A DNA stretch of 64,000 nt. Source: Gammaproteobacteria bacterium. GTDB taxonomy: Bacteria; Pseudomonadota; Gammaproteobacteria; Ga0077536. A program made the position numbers and the translations under genes. The notes below the pieces were generated by a model, which had not been told where the DNA came from, ran no database searches, and saw nothing but the letters and a program-made list of their open reading frames with translations. How positions within the stretch are numbered: the first letter of the stretch is position 1; every line of letters starts with the position of its first letter. The stretch lies in NCBI GenBank assembly GCA_963662545.2, contig CAXXLL010000002.1, forward strand, positions 128,001-192,000. Reading direction: 5' to 3'. This document shows positions 50,095 through 61,637 of the stretch, in pieces.

Positions 50095-51408
50095 TCAATC
50101 GTTGCGGATCCGCCGGCGCCAGCGATCAGCGCTGGCCTTGAGCTCACCCGTGTCGAGTGTGGTGAGTCGGCCTTGTTGCACGACGTGGCGGCCGCCAACC
50201 CATACCTCCCTCACCTGGTCGCGGTGTGCACCATAGACGATATGCGATACGGGATCGTAGAGCGGGCGGGCCTCGAAGCCGGCGAGATCGATCGCGACGA
50301 GGTCCGCCAGCTTGCCTTGCTCGATCGTGCCGAGGTGGTGGTCCAGCCCGAGCGCTTTCGCGCCGTTGAGCGTCGCCATGCGCAGCGCCGAGGCGGCCGG
50401 CAGAGCGCAGGGATCACCAGCAAAGCCCTTGGCCAGGAGTGATGCGGTGCGCATCTCGCTCAGCATGTCGAGATCGTTATTACTGGCTGCGCTATCGGTA
50501 CCGCAGGCGACGTTGATCCCTTGCGCCACGAGTTCCGCAACGGGACAGAAGCCGCTGGCAAGCTTGAGGTTGCTTTCCGGGCAATGCACGACATGTGTTC
50601 CAGTACGGCTCAGAATCTCGATCTCCTCCGCAACAAGCGCGGTCATGTGCACGGCCACCAGTCGGGGTGACGGCAGACCCAGCGCGCCAAGACGTTGCAG
50701 GGGCCGCATCTTCGTCGCGGCCAGCGCTTCGTCGACCTCGCGCTGCGTTTCATGTAGGTGAATGTGAATGGGGAGATCGAGTTCGTCAGATAAGGTCGCG
50801 ATCCGGAGGAGCGCGTCATCGTCGACGGTATAGGTTGAATGCGGCGCGAACGCGGTCGTGATCAATGGATGGGAGCGAAATCGATCGTGGACTTCTTCTC
50901 CTTTACGGAGATATTCGTCGACATTGTGGGCCCAGGCGCTCGGAAACCCGATCACGATCATCCCGATGACGGCGCGCACACCCGCTTCGATCGCCGCTGC
51001 CGCGGCTTCGTCGGGGAAAAAATACATGTCGTTGAAGCAGGTCGTGCCGCCCAGAAGCATTTCCGCGGCAGCCAGGCGGGTGCCTTCGCGCACGAATTCT
51101 CGATTGACGAATGACGCCTCGGCCGGCCAGATGTGCTGTTCCAGCCATTCCATCAGCGGGCGATCGTCAGCCATCCCGCGAAATAAGCTCATCGCGGCAT
51201 GCGTGTGTGCGTTGATCAATCCCGGGATCAGGACATGTTCGCTACAGTCGATTTCAACGATCGCATGCGACGGCCGCCGCCATTGTGCGGTGGGTATGAT
51301 CGAGGTGATCCGCGTGTCCTCGATAAGGATCGTGCGCCGTTCGTAAACCGCGCCTTCTGGTTCGACCGGTATGACCCAACCCGCATGAATCGCCTGCATC
51401 GTGTCCAT
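50095..51408 (-). CDS. mtaD: TRZ/ATZ amidohydrolase, probable 5'-methylthioadenosine/SAH deaminase
   Basis: PGLINAHTHAAM, GTTCFNDMYF, HIHLHET, HCPESNLKLASG, GTDSAASNN; divergent from mtnA. Confidence 0.85.
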   Translation of the reverse strand: MDTMQAIHAGWVIPVEPEGAVYERRTILIEDTRITSIIPTAQWRRPSHAIVEIDCSEHVLIPGLINAHTHAAMSLFRGMADDRPLMEWLEQHIWPAEASFVNREFVREGTRLAAAEMLLGGTTCFNDMYFFPDEAAAAAIEAGVRAVIGMIVIGFPSAWAHNVDEYLRKGEEVHDRFRSHPLITTAFAPHSTYTVDDDALLRIATLSDELDLPIHIHLHETQREVDEALAATKMRPLQRLGALGLPSPRLVAVHMTALVAEEIEILSRTGTHVVHCPESNLKLASGFCPVAELVAQGINVACGTDSAASNNDLDMLSEMRTASLLAKGFAGDPCALPAASALRMATLNGAKALGLDHHLGTIEQGKLADLVAIDLAGFEARPLYDPVSHIVYGAHRDQVREVWVGGRHVVQQGRLTTLDTGELKASADRWRRRIRND

Positions 51409-51476
51409 TGTTGATTCGTTTTCAAGCCGCCGAGCGCCGGTTCGGCTAAAGTACCACAGACTCGAGGAGAACATGC

Positions 51477-52520
51477 GTGATCAAAGCTGCCGACGGTCCT
51501 GTCCCCCTGCGCTGGGAAAACGAACGACTCGTGCTGCTCGATCAAACGCGCCTGCCGCACGAGATCGCCTACGTTCAATGTCATTCGGCCGCAGACGTCT
51601 GCGCCGCCATTCGCACTATGGTCGTGCGCGGCGCCCCCGCGATAGGCGTCGCCGCGGCTTACGGCGTGGTGCTTGCCGCGCGTCGGTGCTTCGAGGAAGA
51701 GGGCGCGGGATGGCGCGTAGCGATGCAGCCGGACATCGACGATTTAGCAGCCTCGCGGCCGACCGCTGTTAACCTGACCTGGGCTCTCAAGGTTATGAGC
51801 GAAGGGCTAGAGGACCTCACGACGGATCCCTACCCGTTGTTACTCGCCCGCGCGCAGACACTGCATAGAGAAGACGTCGAATCGAACAAAGCACTCGGAG
51901 ATTTCGGCGCGCGCCTGATCGCGCCGCGTTCGGGCGTGCTCACGCACTGCAATGCAGGGGCATTGGCGACGGCCGGATATGGGACTGCGCTCGGCGTCAT
52001 TCGCAGCGCATGGCGTGACGGCCGCTTAGCGGAAGTATTCGCGACCGAGACCCGTCCCTGGCTGCAGGGCGCACGCCTGACCGCGTGGGAACTCGACAAG
52101 GACGGCATCGATCCGATCCTCATCGCCGACAACGCTGCGGCCTACCTCATGCAGCAGGGACGAATCCATTGGGTCATCACCGGTGCGGATCGAATCGCGG
52201 CCAACGGCGATACTGCGAACAAAATTGGAACCTACGCTCTGGCGACGCTCGCGCGTGCCCACGGTGTGAAATTCATGGTGGCCGCACCGCTGTCGAGCAT
52301 CGACCGCGACGCTGCTAGCGGCGCCGATATTCCCATTGAACATCGAGACGCATCGGAGCTTACCCATCTCGCCGGCCGCCCGGTGGCCGCCGCCGGCGTC
52401 CGCGTACTCAATCCCGTATTCGACGTTACCCCGGCGCATTTGATCGATGCCCTGGTGACCGAAAAAGGGGTCGTCGAGAAGCTCGATCAAGCGGCGATCG
52501 CGCGTCTTTTCAAGCGCTGA
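51477..52520 (+). CDS. mtnA: Methylthioribose-1-phosphate isomerase
   Basis: [54 protein letters not shown]. Confidence 0.96.
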   Translation: MIKAADGPVPLRWENERLVLLDQTRLPHEIAYVQCHSAADVCAAIRTMVVRGAPAIGVAAAYGVVLAARRCFEEEGAGWRVAMQPDIDDLAASRPTAVNLTWALKVMSEGLEDLTTDPYPLLLARAQTLHREDVESNKALGDFGARLIAPRSGVLTHCNAGALATAGYGTALGVIRSAWRDGRLAEVFATETRPWLQGARLTAWELDKDGIDPILIADNAAAYLMQQGRIHWVITGADRIAANGDTANKIGTYALATLARAHGVKFMVAAPLSSIDRDAASGADIPIEHRDASELTHLAGRPVAAAGVRVLNPVFDVTPAHLIDALVTEKGVVEKLDQAAIARLFKR

Positions 52521-52558
52521 GATCGCGGCCGCGAAAAGGTGCGCCTAGGGGGGCCGCG

Positions 52559-52567
52559 TGCTATAAT
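52559..52567 (+). promoter_or_regulatory. Extended -10 promoter element of gyrA
   Basis: TGcTATAAT consensus about 58 nt upstream of the gyrA ATG. Confidence 0.6.
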
Positions 52568-52625
52568 ACGCAGGTCTAGCGGACCAAGAATCCTCCTTTA
52601 AAATCAATCAGTTAAATTCATTCTG

Positions 52626-55190
52626 ATGGCCGACATCGCGCGCCAGTTACTGCCGGTCAATATCGAGGACGAGATGCGGCAGTCGTACATGGATTACGCC
52701 ATGAGCGTAATCGTCGGCCGTGCCCTTCCGGACGCCCGCGACGGGCTTAAACCGGTGCACCGGCGCGTACTCTACGCGATGCACGAAGCGAACAATCTCT
52801 GGAATCGGCCGTACGTCAAATGCGCTCGCGTCGTCGGCGAGGTGATGGGTAAATACCATCCCCATGGCGACAGCGCCATCTACGATACCCTGGTCCGTAT
52901 GGCACAGGATTTTTCCCTGCGCTACACGCTGATCGACGGTCAGGGCAATTTCGGATCGGTCGACGGCGATGCACCCGCGGCGATGCGCTACACCGAATGC
53001 CGACTCGATCGGATAGCAAACGAGCTGCTCGCCGATATCGACATGGAAACGGTCGAATTTGCGCCGAACTACGACGGCAAGGAGCACGAGCCGACGGTGC
53101 TGCCTTCGCGTATTCCCAACCTGTTGGTCAATGGTTCCAGCGGTATCGCCGTCGGCATGGCGACGAACATTGCGCCGCATAATCTGAACGAGGTAATCAA
53201 CGCCTGCGTCGCCCTGGTCGATGATCCGAGCCTCGAAATCGACCAGTTAATGGGCTACATCCCGGGACCTGATTTCCCCACGGCGGGGATCATCAACGGT
53301 TCGGCAGGGATCCGCGAAGCTTATCGCACGGGTCGCGGGCGGATTTACGTGAGGGCCCGTACCGAGATCGAAGACGCCGATACCGATGCGCCGCGCATCG
53401 TCATCTCCGAATTACCTTACCAGGTCAATAAAGCTCGGCTGATCGAAAAGATCGCGGAACTGGTCAAAGAGAAGAAGATCGAAGGTATTCGACAAGATGG
53501 ATTGCGCGATGAATCGGACAAGGACGGGATGCGCATCGTCATCGAGCTCAAGCGTGGTGAGTTGGCGGCAGTGCTGCTCAACAATTTATACCGGCATACG
53601 CAGATGCAGTCCGTATTCGGCATCAATACCGTTGCGCTGGTTAACGGTCAACCCAAAACGCTCAATCTGCGCGAGCTGCTCGATTGCTTTTTGCGCCATC
53701 GCCGTGAGGTCGTCACCCGGCGCACCCTGTTCGAACTCAGCAAAGCGCGCGATCGCGCCCATGTACTCGAAGGGCTCGCCGTGGCGCTGGCGAATATCGA
53801 CGCGATCATCGCGCTGATCAAGGCGTCCCCGACCCCCGCCGACGCGCGCGAGGGTCTGCTAAAACAGGCGTGGGAGCCGGGCCTGGTACTGACCATGCTG
53901 GAGCGCGCAGGGGCGGAGGTATCACGGCCGGAGGACCTGCCGCAGGAGTACGGCCTCAAATCCCACGGCTACTTTTTGTCCGAGCGCCAAGCCAAAGAGA
54001 TTCTCGAGATGCGCCTGCAACGCTTGACGGCGCTCGAGCAGGACAAGATTCTCGATGAATACCGCGAAGTGCTGAAGCGTATTGACGACCTACTCGATAT
54101 TTTGCAGCGCCCCGACCGTTTGATGCAGGTCATTCGCGAAGAATTACTGGAGATTCGCGAGCGCTACGGCGACCCGCGCCGCACTGAAATCGTGGAGATG
54201 CAGAAACACCTTTCCTTGGAGGATCTCATTTCCGAAGAGGACGTGGTCGTAACCTTGTCGCATGCCGGTTACGCAAAATCACAGCCGATCGAGGTCTACC
54301 GGTCGCAGCGGCGGGGCGGCAGGGGCAAGACGGCAACCACTACGAAGGACGAGGATTTTGTCGACAAACTGTTCATCGCCAACACGCACGATACATTATT
54401 ATGCTTCTCGAACAGCGGTAAACTGTACTGGTTAAAAGTCTACGAGTTGCCGCAAGCCGGCCGTACGGCGCGTGGACGGCCGTTGGTCAACCTACTGCCG
54501 CTGGCAGACGGCGAGCGCATTACCGCGGTGCTGCCGATCAAGGAGTTCGATCCGGAATTGTTCGTCGTTATGGCGACCGCGCGCGGCATCATCAAGAAAA
54601 CCTCGCTGGCGAATTTCTCGCGGCCCCGCGCCTCGGGCATTATTGCCGTCGATCTCGTTGCCGATGACCGCTTGGTCGGCGTATCGCTGACCCAGGGCGC
54701 GAGCGACATCATGCTCGTCAGTTCAGGCGGCAAGGCCGTTCGATTCTCGGAAACCCACGTTCGCCCCATGGGGCGTACGGCACGCGGAGTGCGCGGTATC
54801 AAGCTCCGCGAAGAGCAGGAAGTGATCGCGCTGATTCCCATTGAGGGCGAGGGCACGATCCTGTTCGCGACGGCCAAGGGTTATGGCAAGCGCACGCGCT
54901 ATTCGGAATTCCCGGTCAGGGGACGCGGCGGCCAGGGCGTGATCGCGATCCAGGCCAACCAGCGGAACGGCGCGGTCGTCGGCGCCGTGTCGGTTGCAGA
55001 CGATGACGAAATCATGCTGATCAGTGACGGCGGCATCCTGGTAAGAACGCCCGTCGAAGGCATCTCGGTCATCGGCCGTATTACTCAGGGTATCCGACTG
55101 ATAGCCCTGGGCGAGGGGGAGCAGCTCGTTGGGGTTGAACCCATTGCCGATCTCAATGGCAACGACGAAGCCGCCGACGAATCCGATTAG
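52626..55190 (+). CDS. gyrA: DNA gyrase subunit A
   Basis: [28 protein letters not shown], GyrA-box QRRGGRG, beta-pinwheel repeats. Confidence 0.99.
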   Translation: MADIARQLLPVNIEDEMRQSYMDYAMSVIVGRALPDARDGLKPVHRRVLYAMHEANNLWNRPYVKCARVVGEVMGKYHPHGDSAIYDTLVRMAQDFSLRYTLIDGQGNFGSVDGDAPAAMRYTECRLDRIANELLADIDMETVEFAPNYDGKEHEPTVLPSRIPNLLVNGSSGIAVGMATNIAPHNLNEVINACVALVDDPSLEIDQLMGYIPGPDFPTAGIINGSAGIREAYRTGRGRIYVRARTEIEDADTDAPRIVISELPYQVNKARLIEKIAELVKEKKIEGIRQDGLRDESDKDGMRIVIELKRGELAAVLLNNLYRHTQMQSVFGINTVALVNGQPKTLNLRELLDCFLRHRREVVTRRTLFELSKARDRAHVLEGLAVALANIDAIIALIKASPTPADAREGLLKQAWEPGLVLTMLERAGAEVSRPEDLPQEYGLKSHGYFLSERQAKEILEMRLQRLTALEQDKILDEYREVLKRIDDLLDILQRPDRLMQVIREELLEIRERYGDPRRTEIVEMQKHLSLEDLISEEDVVVTLSHAGYAKSQPIEVYRSQRRGGRGKTATTTKDEDFVDKLFIANTHDTLLCFSNSGKLYWLKVYELPQAGRTARGRPLVNLLPLADGERITAVLPIKEFDPELFVVMATARGIIKKTSLANFSRPRASGIIAVDLVADDRLVGVSLTQGASDIMLVSSGGKAVRFSETHVRPMGRTARGVRGIKLREEQEVIALIPIEGEGTILFATAKGYGKRTRYSEFPVRGRGGQGVIAIQANQRNGAVVGAVSVADDDEIMLISDGGILVRTPVEGISVIGRITQGIRLIALGEGEQLVGVEPIADLNGNDEAADESD

Positions 55191-55248
55191 GCCTACACCG
55201 GCCGAACGGTGGCCGCGGACTCGAATTCCTGGATCGGGGTAAGGATTC

Positions 55249-56334
55249 ATGTCGTCTGATCAGCACATCAGCAATTTGCGAAAGGGCATCGATGCGATCG
55301 ACGACGAACTCGTACGTTTATTGAACCGCCGTGCGGCGCTCACGATCGAAGTGGGTGAGATAAAGCGTGCTGGCGACGGGGAGGCGCAGTTTTATCGCCC
55401 TGAACGCGAAGCACAAATACTGCGGCGGCTCTTACAAAGCAATGCGGGCCCGATTTCGGATCAAGATTTGGCGAGGCTGGTGCGCGAGATCATTTCGACC
55501 TGCCGCTCCCTCGAGCAGGGATTGCGCATCGCCTATCTCGGTCCGGAGGGGACTTTTACCCACGCTGCTTTGCTCAAGCATTTCGGCGGCGCGGTGGAAC
55601 CGATCGCCGTGACCAGCATCTCGGAAGTGTTCCGCGAAGTCGAAGCGCGCGCGAGCGATTACGGCGTTGTTCCCGTGGAAAATTCCTTCGAAGGTTCGGT
55701 GAACCAAACGCTCGACTGCCTGGGCGAATCAAGCTTGGTGATCTGTAGTGAAATCATTCTTCCCGTGCACCACCAGCTTCTGAGTACGGAAGCCGCGCTC
55801 CACGATATAAAGCGGGTGTACGCACACGAACAGGCATTGGCACAATGCCGCGGCTGGCTCGATAGGAACCTGCCGGGTGCCGAGCGCTCGGCATTCAGCA
55901 GCAATGCTGCTGCTGCCGAACGCGCGCGAAGCGAATCGGGCGCCGCTGCGATTGCTAGCAAACAGGCGGGGGAACGGTATGGACTCGATGTGCGCGCATC
56001 GAACATTGAAGATCATCCGCAAAACACGACGCGATTCGCGGTTCTAGGGCGTTCCATACCTCAGGCGACGGGGGAGGACGTGACCGCGATCATGTTCAGT
56101 ATGCCAAACGAGCCGGGTGCTCTTCATAGCATTTTGAGCGTGCTTGCGGAGGCGGGGATCAGTATGTCGCGTATCGAATCGCGACCGAAGCGCACGGGCG
56201 ATTGGGATTATTTGTTCTTCGTGGATCTGCTCGGTCATTGCAACGATGCCGATGTCGCGCCTGCGCTGACCGAAATGGAATCCCGGGCGGCGCTGTTCAA
56301 GGTGCTCGGCAGCTGCCCACGAGCAGTGGTTTGA
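55249..56334 (+). CDS. pheA: Chorismate mutase/prephenate dehydratase (P-protein)
   Basis: LR..ID.ID N-terminal mutase, LGPEGTF, PVENSFEG, NTTRF, IESRP ACT domain. Confidence 0.96.
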   Translation: MSSDQHISNLRKGIDAIDDELVRLLNRRAALTIEVGEIKRAGDGEAQFYRPEREAQILRRLLQSNAGPISDQDLARLVREIISTCRSLEQGLRIAYLGPEGTFTHAALLKHFGGAVEPIAVTSISEVFREVEARASDYGVVPVENSFEGSVNQTLDCLGESSLVICSEIILPVHHQLLSTEAALHDIKRVYAHEQALAQCRGWLDRNLPGAERSAFSSNAAAAERARSESGAAAIASKQAGERYGLDVRASNIEDHPQNTTRFAVLGRSIPQATGEDVTAIMFSMPNEPGALHSILSVLAEAGISMSRIESRPKRTGDWDYLFFVDLLGHCNDADVAPALTEMESRAALFKVLGSCPRAVV

Positions 56335-56368
56335 GCATTGACGGGTGGGCGCGCGCGGAACCAGTTCG

Positions 56369-57295
56369 GTGATCGACAGACTGGTCATCATCGGCGTGGG
56401 CCTCATCGGCGGATCCCTGGCGCGAGCCTTGCGGCGGTCTGGCGCGGTCGGCGAGATCGTCGGCGTCGGACGCAGCGCGGCGAACCTCGAGGCGGCAGTC
56501 GAACTGGGCGTGGTCGACCGGTTTGAGTTCGATGCCGCCGAAGCGGTTAGAGGCGCGGACATGGTGGTGGTCGCCGTAACGCTCGGCGCCTCGGCGGCAA
56601 TTCTCGAAACCATCGGCCCGGCCCTCGACGAAAACACCTTCGTGACCGACGTCGGCTCAACCAAGTTGAGCGTTGTGGCGTCAGCGCGAGCGGCGCTAGG
56701 CGCGCGGTTTCCAAACTTCGTTCCGGGGCATCCGATCGCCGGCACCGAACGGAGTGGCGTCAAAGCCTCCTTTGCTGAACTTTTCGAGGATCACAAGGTG
56801 ATATTGACCCCGGTGTCGGAAACGCGCGAAGAAGCCCTGCATGCCGTGGTGTCTCTGTGGCGCGCAACGGGCGCGTCGGTGGTTGAGATGGAGGCCGCTC
56901 ATCACGACCAAGTGCTTGCGGCGACGTCGCATTTGCCGCATCTGCTCGCCTACACGCTGGTCGATATGCTTGCCGCCGCGAAAGATTCCAGTGAAATGTT
57001 CGAATTCGCTGCGGGCGGGTTTCGCGATTTCACGCGCATTGCATCGAGTAATCCGGAGATGTGGCGCGATATCATTTTGGCCAACCGCGAGGCAGTGTTG
57101 CAAATGTGCGAGATGTATGCCGATCGGTTCGAGACACTCAGGCGGGCGATCGAAGCGGGCGACGGTGCCGCCATCGAGGTGATCTTCGAACGGGCCAAGT
57201 TGGTCCGCGACCGCTCAGTCGTTTCCCCGCACCCGTCCAAGCGGCCGGCGGAGCATGCGGTACTGCCGCTCAAGCGTGGAGACGGCGATCAATAA
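56369..57295 (+). CDS. tyrA: Prephenate/cyclohexadienyl dehydrogenase
   Basis: IGVGLIGGS, TDVGSTK, GHPIAGTE, HD...A.TSHLPH, GFRDFTRIA. Confidence 0.93.
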   Translation: MIDRLVIIGVGLIGGSLARALRRSGAVGEIVGVGRSAANLEAAVELGVVDRFEFDAAEAVRGADMVVVAVTLGASAAILETIGPALDENTFVTDVGSTKLSVVASARAALGARFPNFVPGHPIAGTERSGVKASFAELFEDHKVILTPVSETREEALHAVVSLWRATGASVVEMEAAHHDQVLAATSHLPHLLAYTLVDMLAAAKDSSEMFEFAAGGFRDFTRIASSNPEMWRDIILANREAVLQMCEMYADRFETLRRAIEAGDGAAIEVIFERAKLVRDRSVVSPHPSKRPAEHAVLPLKRGDGDQ

Positions 57296-58583
57296 GCTGA
57301 CCGTGCAGGCGGGCGGACGCCTGACCGGCGAGGTTGCACTTCCGGGTGACAAATCCTTGTCGCATCGCGCCGTCATGCTGGGCGCGCTCGCGGACGGTCC
57401 GTGCCGGGTACGATCCTGTTTGCTGGGGGAGGACGTGCGAGCCACGATCGGCGCCTTGGAGGCCATGGGGGTTGCGATCGAAGTCGGCAGGGATCAAATA
57501 CTCACCGTCCATGGCGTCGGGATCGACGGCTTGAAGGCACCGCGCGCGGCACTCAATCTTGGGAATTCCGGTACGTCGATGAGACTCCTGTCTGGGATCG
57601 TGGCCGGCGCCGGCGTCGCCGCCACGCTGATCGGCGACGGGTCCTTGAGCACGCGGCCGATGAAGCGCGTAGCCGATCCGCTTAAGCGCATGGGTGCCCA
57701 TATCGAAACCTCGGCCGACGGTACGCCGCCACTGCGGATCGCAGCCGCCGGATCGCTGAGGGCGATCGACTATGCGTTGCCCATGGCGAGCGCCCAAGTC
57801 AAATCCGCGGTGCTGCTAGCCGGTCTTTTCGCGTCGGGCACGACGCGCGTGTCGGAGCCGGCGCCAACGCGCGACCACACCGAGCGTATGCTGGAGGCTT
57901 TCGGCGTCGAACTTTCCCGCGAAGGTCCTTGGATCGGGATCCGCGGCGGACAAAGGTTAGCGGCGGTCGATATCGCTATACCCGCCGATATTTCATCTGC
58001 CGCGTTCTTTATCGTCGGCGCGGCGATTGCGGAGGGCAGCCGGCTGGTGTTGCCCGGCGTGGGCGTGAATCCGACCCGCACCGGCGTCGTCAACATCCTG
58101 CGGGAAATGGGGGCGGACATCGCGATCGACTCGCGGCGTTCCTACGGCACCGAGCCGGTCGCCGATATTTCCGTGACAGGCTCCGTGCTGGATGGCATTC
58201 GGATCCGGCCCGAATCCGTACCGCTCGCCATCGACGAATTCCCGGCGATCTTCGTGGCCGCGGCCTGCGCGCGTGGGCAAACGGTCCTGCGCGGCGCCGA
58301 GGAACTGCGGCATAAGGAAAGCGACCGTATTGTGATCATGGCCAAAGGCCTGCGGCAGCTCGGTATCGCCGTGGAAACATTCGACGATGGCATCGCGATC
58401 GAAGGCGGTGAACTGACTGGCGGCGAGGTCGACGCACACGGCGACCACCGCGTCGCGATGGCCTTTGCCATGGCGGCGCTTCGCGCGAGCGGGCCGATCA
58501 GCATTCACAATGCCGCCGCCATCGCGACCTCCTTCCCGGCGTTTGCCGAGACCGCGCGGAACGCCGGATTGCGCGCGGCCTGA
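57255..58583 (+). CDS. aroA: EPSP synthase, class II; start codon uncertain (57255 ATG, 57276 GTG or 57288 ATC)
   Basis: PGDKSLSHR, GNSGT, SAQVKSA, RDHTERML, NPTRTG, ELRHKESDR, DHRVAM. Confidence 0.96.
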   Translation: MRYCRSSVETAINKLTVQAGGRLTGEVALPGDKSLSHRAVMLGALADGPCRVRSCLLGEDVRATIGALEAMGVAIEVGRDQILTVHGVGIDGLKAPRAALNLGNSGTSMRLLSGIVAGAGVAATLIGDGSLSTRPMKRVADPLKRMGAHIETSADGTPPLRIAAAGSLRAIDYALPMASAQVKSAVLLAGLFASGTTRVSEPAPTRDHTERMLEAFGVELSREGPWIGIRGGQRLAAVDIAIPADISSAAFFIVGAAIAEGSRLVLPGVGVNPTRTGVVNILREMGADIAIDSRRSYGTEPVADISVTGSVLDGIRIRPESVPLAIDEFPAIFVAAACARGQTVLRGAEELRHKESDRIVIMAKGLRQLGIAVETFDDGIAIEGGELTGGEVDAHGDHRVAMAFAMAALRASGPISIHNAAAIATSFPAFAETARNAGLRAA

Positions 58584-58585
58584 CG

Positions 58586-59266
58586 GTGCTTGACGGGGTT
58601 CCGGTTATCACCATCGACGGCCCGAGCGGCAGTGGCAAGGGCACCCTGGCCCGAAGGATCAAGGGCTGGCTCGGGTGGCACCTGCTGGATTCCGGTTCGC
58701 TCTACCGCCTGGTCGCGCTCGAGGCGCGGCGTGGCGGCACCGATTTCGAAGACGAAGCGGCCCTCGCGGTGGTGGCCGTCGAACTCGGCGCCGAATTCGT
58801 CGATGAGAAGGAGGAAACAAAGGTTGTACTGTGCGGCAGTGATGTTACCGACGCGCTGCGCTCGGAAGCGTGCGGCACAGACGCATCGAGCCTGGCGGCC
58901 TATCCCGCGGTGCGCGCGGCCCTGCTAGCACGCCAGCGGGCATTTCTCGAACCGCCCGGCTTGGTTGCGGACGGGCGCGATATGGGCACGGTCGTTTTCC
59001 CCCACGCCGACCTCAAGATCTACCTCACCGCGAGCCCCGAGGAACGTGCCCGAAGGCGCTATAAGCAGTTGAAACAAAAAGGAATGAGTGTTAACCTCGC
59101 GCAGCTTTTGGGGGACATCGCCGAGCGTGATCGGCGGGATAAACAACGTACAGTATCCCCTTTAAAGCCTGCGATCGACGCCGTCCTCCTCGACACGACC
59201 CTAATGGACGTATCCGCTGTAGAGGATCAGATAAAGCGTCTGGTGCGCGATACCGGTCTGGCCTGA
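58586..59266 (+). CDS. cmk: Cytidylate kinase
   Basis: IDGPSGSGKGT, LDSG.LYR, ADGRDMGTVVFP. Confidence 0.97.
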   Translation: MLDGVPVITIDGPSGSGKGTLARRIKGWLGWHLLDSGSLYRLVALEARRGGTDFEDEAALAVVAVELGAEFVDEKEETKVVLCGSDVTDALRSEACGTDASSLAAYPAVRAALLARQRAFLEPPGLVADGRDMGTVVFPHADLKIYLTASPEERARRRYKQLKQKGMSVNLAQLLGDIAERDRRDKQRTVSPLKPAIDAVLLDTTLMDVSAVEDQIKRLVRDTGLA

Positions 59267-59387
59267 AGTACGCGATTTAAGCGCACGACGCCGGATTGCC
59301 CATTAACACGACTAAGAGACGAGGACGTTTGCAGACAGCCGGCGGTGACCGCGCCGCGGCAGAACAGGCATTCGGTTAAGAAATACT

Positions 59388-61058
59388 ATGGCGGAGAGTT
59401 TCGCAGAATTATTCGAACAAAGTCAGATTGAATCTAAAATGCGGCCGGGCACCATCGTCAAGGGCACGGTCGTGGAAATCCGCGCGGATTTCGTGGTCGT
59501 CAACGCCGGTCTCAAGTCCGAAGGCGTGATCCCGGCAGAGCAGTTTCGCAATTCCGAGGGCGAAGTCGACGTCGCCGTCGGAGAAGAAATCGACGTCGCG
59601 CTCGACGCGGTAGAGGACGGTTACGGGGAAACACGGCTGTCCCGGGAAAAAGCCAAGCGTGCGAAGGCCTGGGAAGAGCTGGAAGAAGCCTGCGAAGAAA
59701 GCAAGACCGTCACGGGCGTCATCAGCGACAAGGTCAAAGGCGGATTCACCGTCGATATCAGTTCCATACGAGCCTTTCTGCCGGGTTCGCTGGTCGACGT
59801 GCGGCCAGTCCGCGACACCAGTTATCTCGAGGGTAAACCCCTCGAATTCAAAGTCATCAAGGTCGACCGTCGCCGCAACAACGTCGTCGTTTCACGCCGT
59901 GCGGTCGTCGAAAGTGAGAATTCTGCGGAGCGGGAGGCGCTGCTCGACAGCCTGGCGGAAGGAACCGTCATTAAGGGCCTGGTCAAGAATCTGACCGATT
60001 ACGGCGCGTTCATCGATCTCGGTGGTATCGACGGGCTGCTGCATATTACCGACATGGCCTGGAGGCGGGTGAAGCACCCGTCCGAGGTGGTCAATATCGG
60101 CGATGAGATCGAAGTCAAGGTCTTGAAATTCGATCGCGAGCGCCAGCGGGTGTCACTCGGCCTCAAGCAGTTGGGCGACGATCCGTGGGTCGACATCGCG
60201 CGGCGCTATCCGGAGCACTCTCGACTGTTTGGCAAGGTTTCGAACATCGCCGATTATGGCTGCTTCGTCGAGATCGAAGAAGGCGTGGAAGGGCTGGTTC
60301 ACGTTTCCGAAATGGATTGGACCAATAAGAATGTGCATCCCACGAAAGTCGTTCACCTCGGCGAGGAAGTGGAAGTGATGGTGCTCGACATCGACGAAGA
60401 GCGCCGCCGCATCTCTCTCGGTATGAAACAGTGTCGTTCCAATCCCTGGGAAGAATTCGCCGCGACGCACAACAAGAACGACCGTGTGGTGGGTACGATT
60501 AAGTCGATTACGGATTTCGGCATTTTCATCGGCCTGGACGGCGGCATAGACGGCCTCGTACACCTGTCGGACCTGTCGTGGGATCTACCCGGCGAAGAGG
60601 TCGTACGCAATTATAAAAAAGGCGATGAGCTTGAAACCGTAGTGCTGGCCGTGGACGCCGAACGCGAACGCATTTCCTTGGGCGTCAAGCAGTTGGCCCA
60701 GGACCCATTTTCGACCTACCTCGCGCTGAACCCGAAGGGCACGCGCGTCACCGGCAAAATCGTGAGCGTCGATGCGAAGGCAGCGGTCATCGATCTGGCG
60801 GAAGGGGTAGAGGGCACGATCAGGGCCTCCGAACTCTCGATCGATCAGGTAGACGATACGCGTAAAGTCCTCAAGGAAGGTGAGGAACTCGAGGCGCTCA
60901 TCGTCGGTGTTGATCGCAAGCGCCGCGTCGTCACTCTTTCAGTCAAGGCCAAGGAGAGTGAAGAAGAACAGGCGGCGCTGCAGGAATACAGCGCCGAAAA
61001 CGAATCTTCGCGGGCGACACTCGGCGATCTGCTGAAAAAGCAGCTTGATTCCAAATAG
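59388..61058 (+). CDS. rpsA: 30S ribosomal protein S1
   Basis: ESFAELFE, repeated S1 domains ([32 protein letters not shown]). Confidence 0.99.
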   Translation: MAESFAELFEQSQIESKMRPGTIVKGTVVEIRADFVVVNAGLKSEGVIPAEQFRNSEGEVDVAVGEEIDVALDAVEDGYGETRLSREKAKRAKAWEELEEACEESKTVTGVISDKVKGGFTVDISSIRAFLPGSLVDVRPVRDTSYLEGKPLEFKVIKVDRRRNNVVVSRRAVVESENSAEREALLDSLAEGTVIKGLVKNLTDYGAFIDLGGIDGLLHITDMAWRRVKHPSEVVNIGDEIEVKVLKFDRERQRVSLGLKQLGDDPWVDIARRYPEHSRLFGKVSNIADYGCFVEIEEGVEGLVHVSEMDWTNKNVHPTKVVHLGEEVEVMVLDIDEERRRISLGMKQCRSNPWEEFAATHNKNDRVVGTIKSITDFGIFIGLDGGIDGLVHLSDLSWDLPGEEVVRNYKKGDELETVVLAVDAERERISLGVKQLAQDPFSTYLALNPKGTRVTGKIVSVDAKAAVIDLAEGVEGTIRASELSIDQVDDTRKVLKEGEELEALIVGVDRKRRVVTLSVKAKESEEEQAALQEYSAENESSRATLGDLLKKQLDSK

Positions 61059-61086
61059 CATCGTCCTGAGCTAATCGAGAAGAATA

Positions 61087-61458
61087 ATGACGAAGTCTGA
61101 ACTGATCGAATCGCTGGTATGGAAACAGTCTCAACTCGGCTATCGTGATGTCGAACTGGCCGTCAAGACTATGCTCGAGCATATGGGGCAAACGCTCGCC
61201 TCAGGCGAACGAATAGAAATCAGAGGCTTCGGCAGTTTTTCGTTGCACTACCGGCCGCCGCGGGTCGGGCGCAATCCCAAATCGGGTGATGCCGTGTCAT
61301 TGCCGGCGAAGTATGTGCCGCACTTCAAACCGGGGAAGGAATTGCGCGAAAGGGTAAATAACGGCGCCGCCAAGGCGCGGGAAATCAAACCCGCCAACGA
61401 CAACGATCCCGATACCGAATCCGACCAAGAGCAGGCTGGATCCGATACCATCTCCTAA
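61087..61458 (+). CDS. ihfB: Integration host factor beta, with acidic C-terminal extension
   Basis: [37 protein letters not shown]. Confidence 0.97.
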   Translation: MTKSELIESLVWKQSQLGYRDVELAVKTMLEHMGQTLASGERIEIRGFGSFSLHYRPPRVGRNPKSGDAVSLPAKYVPHFKPGKELRERVNNGAAKAREIKPANDNDPDTESDQEQAGSDTIS

Positions 61459-61637
61459 GCACCCTTACCGGCTGCTAGGTTCGTTCCCGACCTACGAAAC
61501 CGCTGGCGATCGAATCGAAACTCGATCCAGCCGCGGCATCCGTGCGATCATACCTCCCTGCCGTGAGCAGGGGTTAGGAGACCGTATGCCATACAGGGTC
61601 TCAGTCGTTAATCGATCGCAACCATTAGGGAATTGAA

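Noticed and set aside
59267-59387. rpsA leader lacking a clear SD
   Set aside because: Known property of gammaproteobacterial rpsA leaders; I could not define the structure well enough to call a feature.
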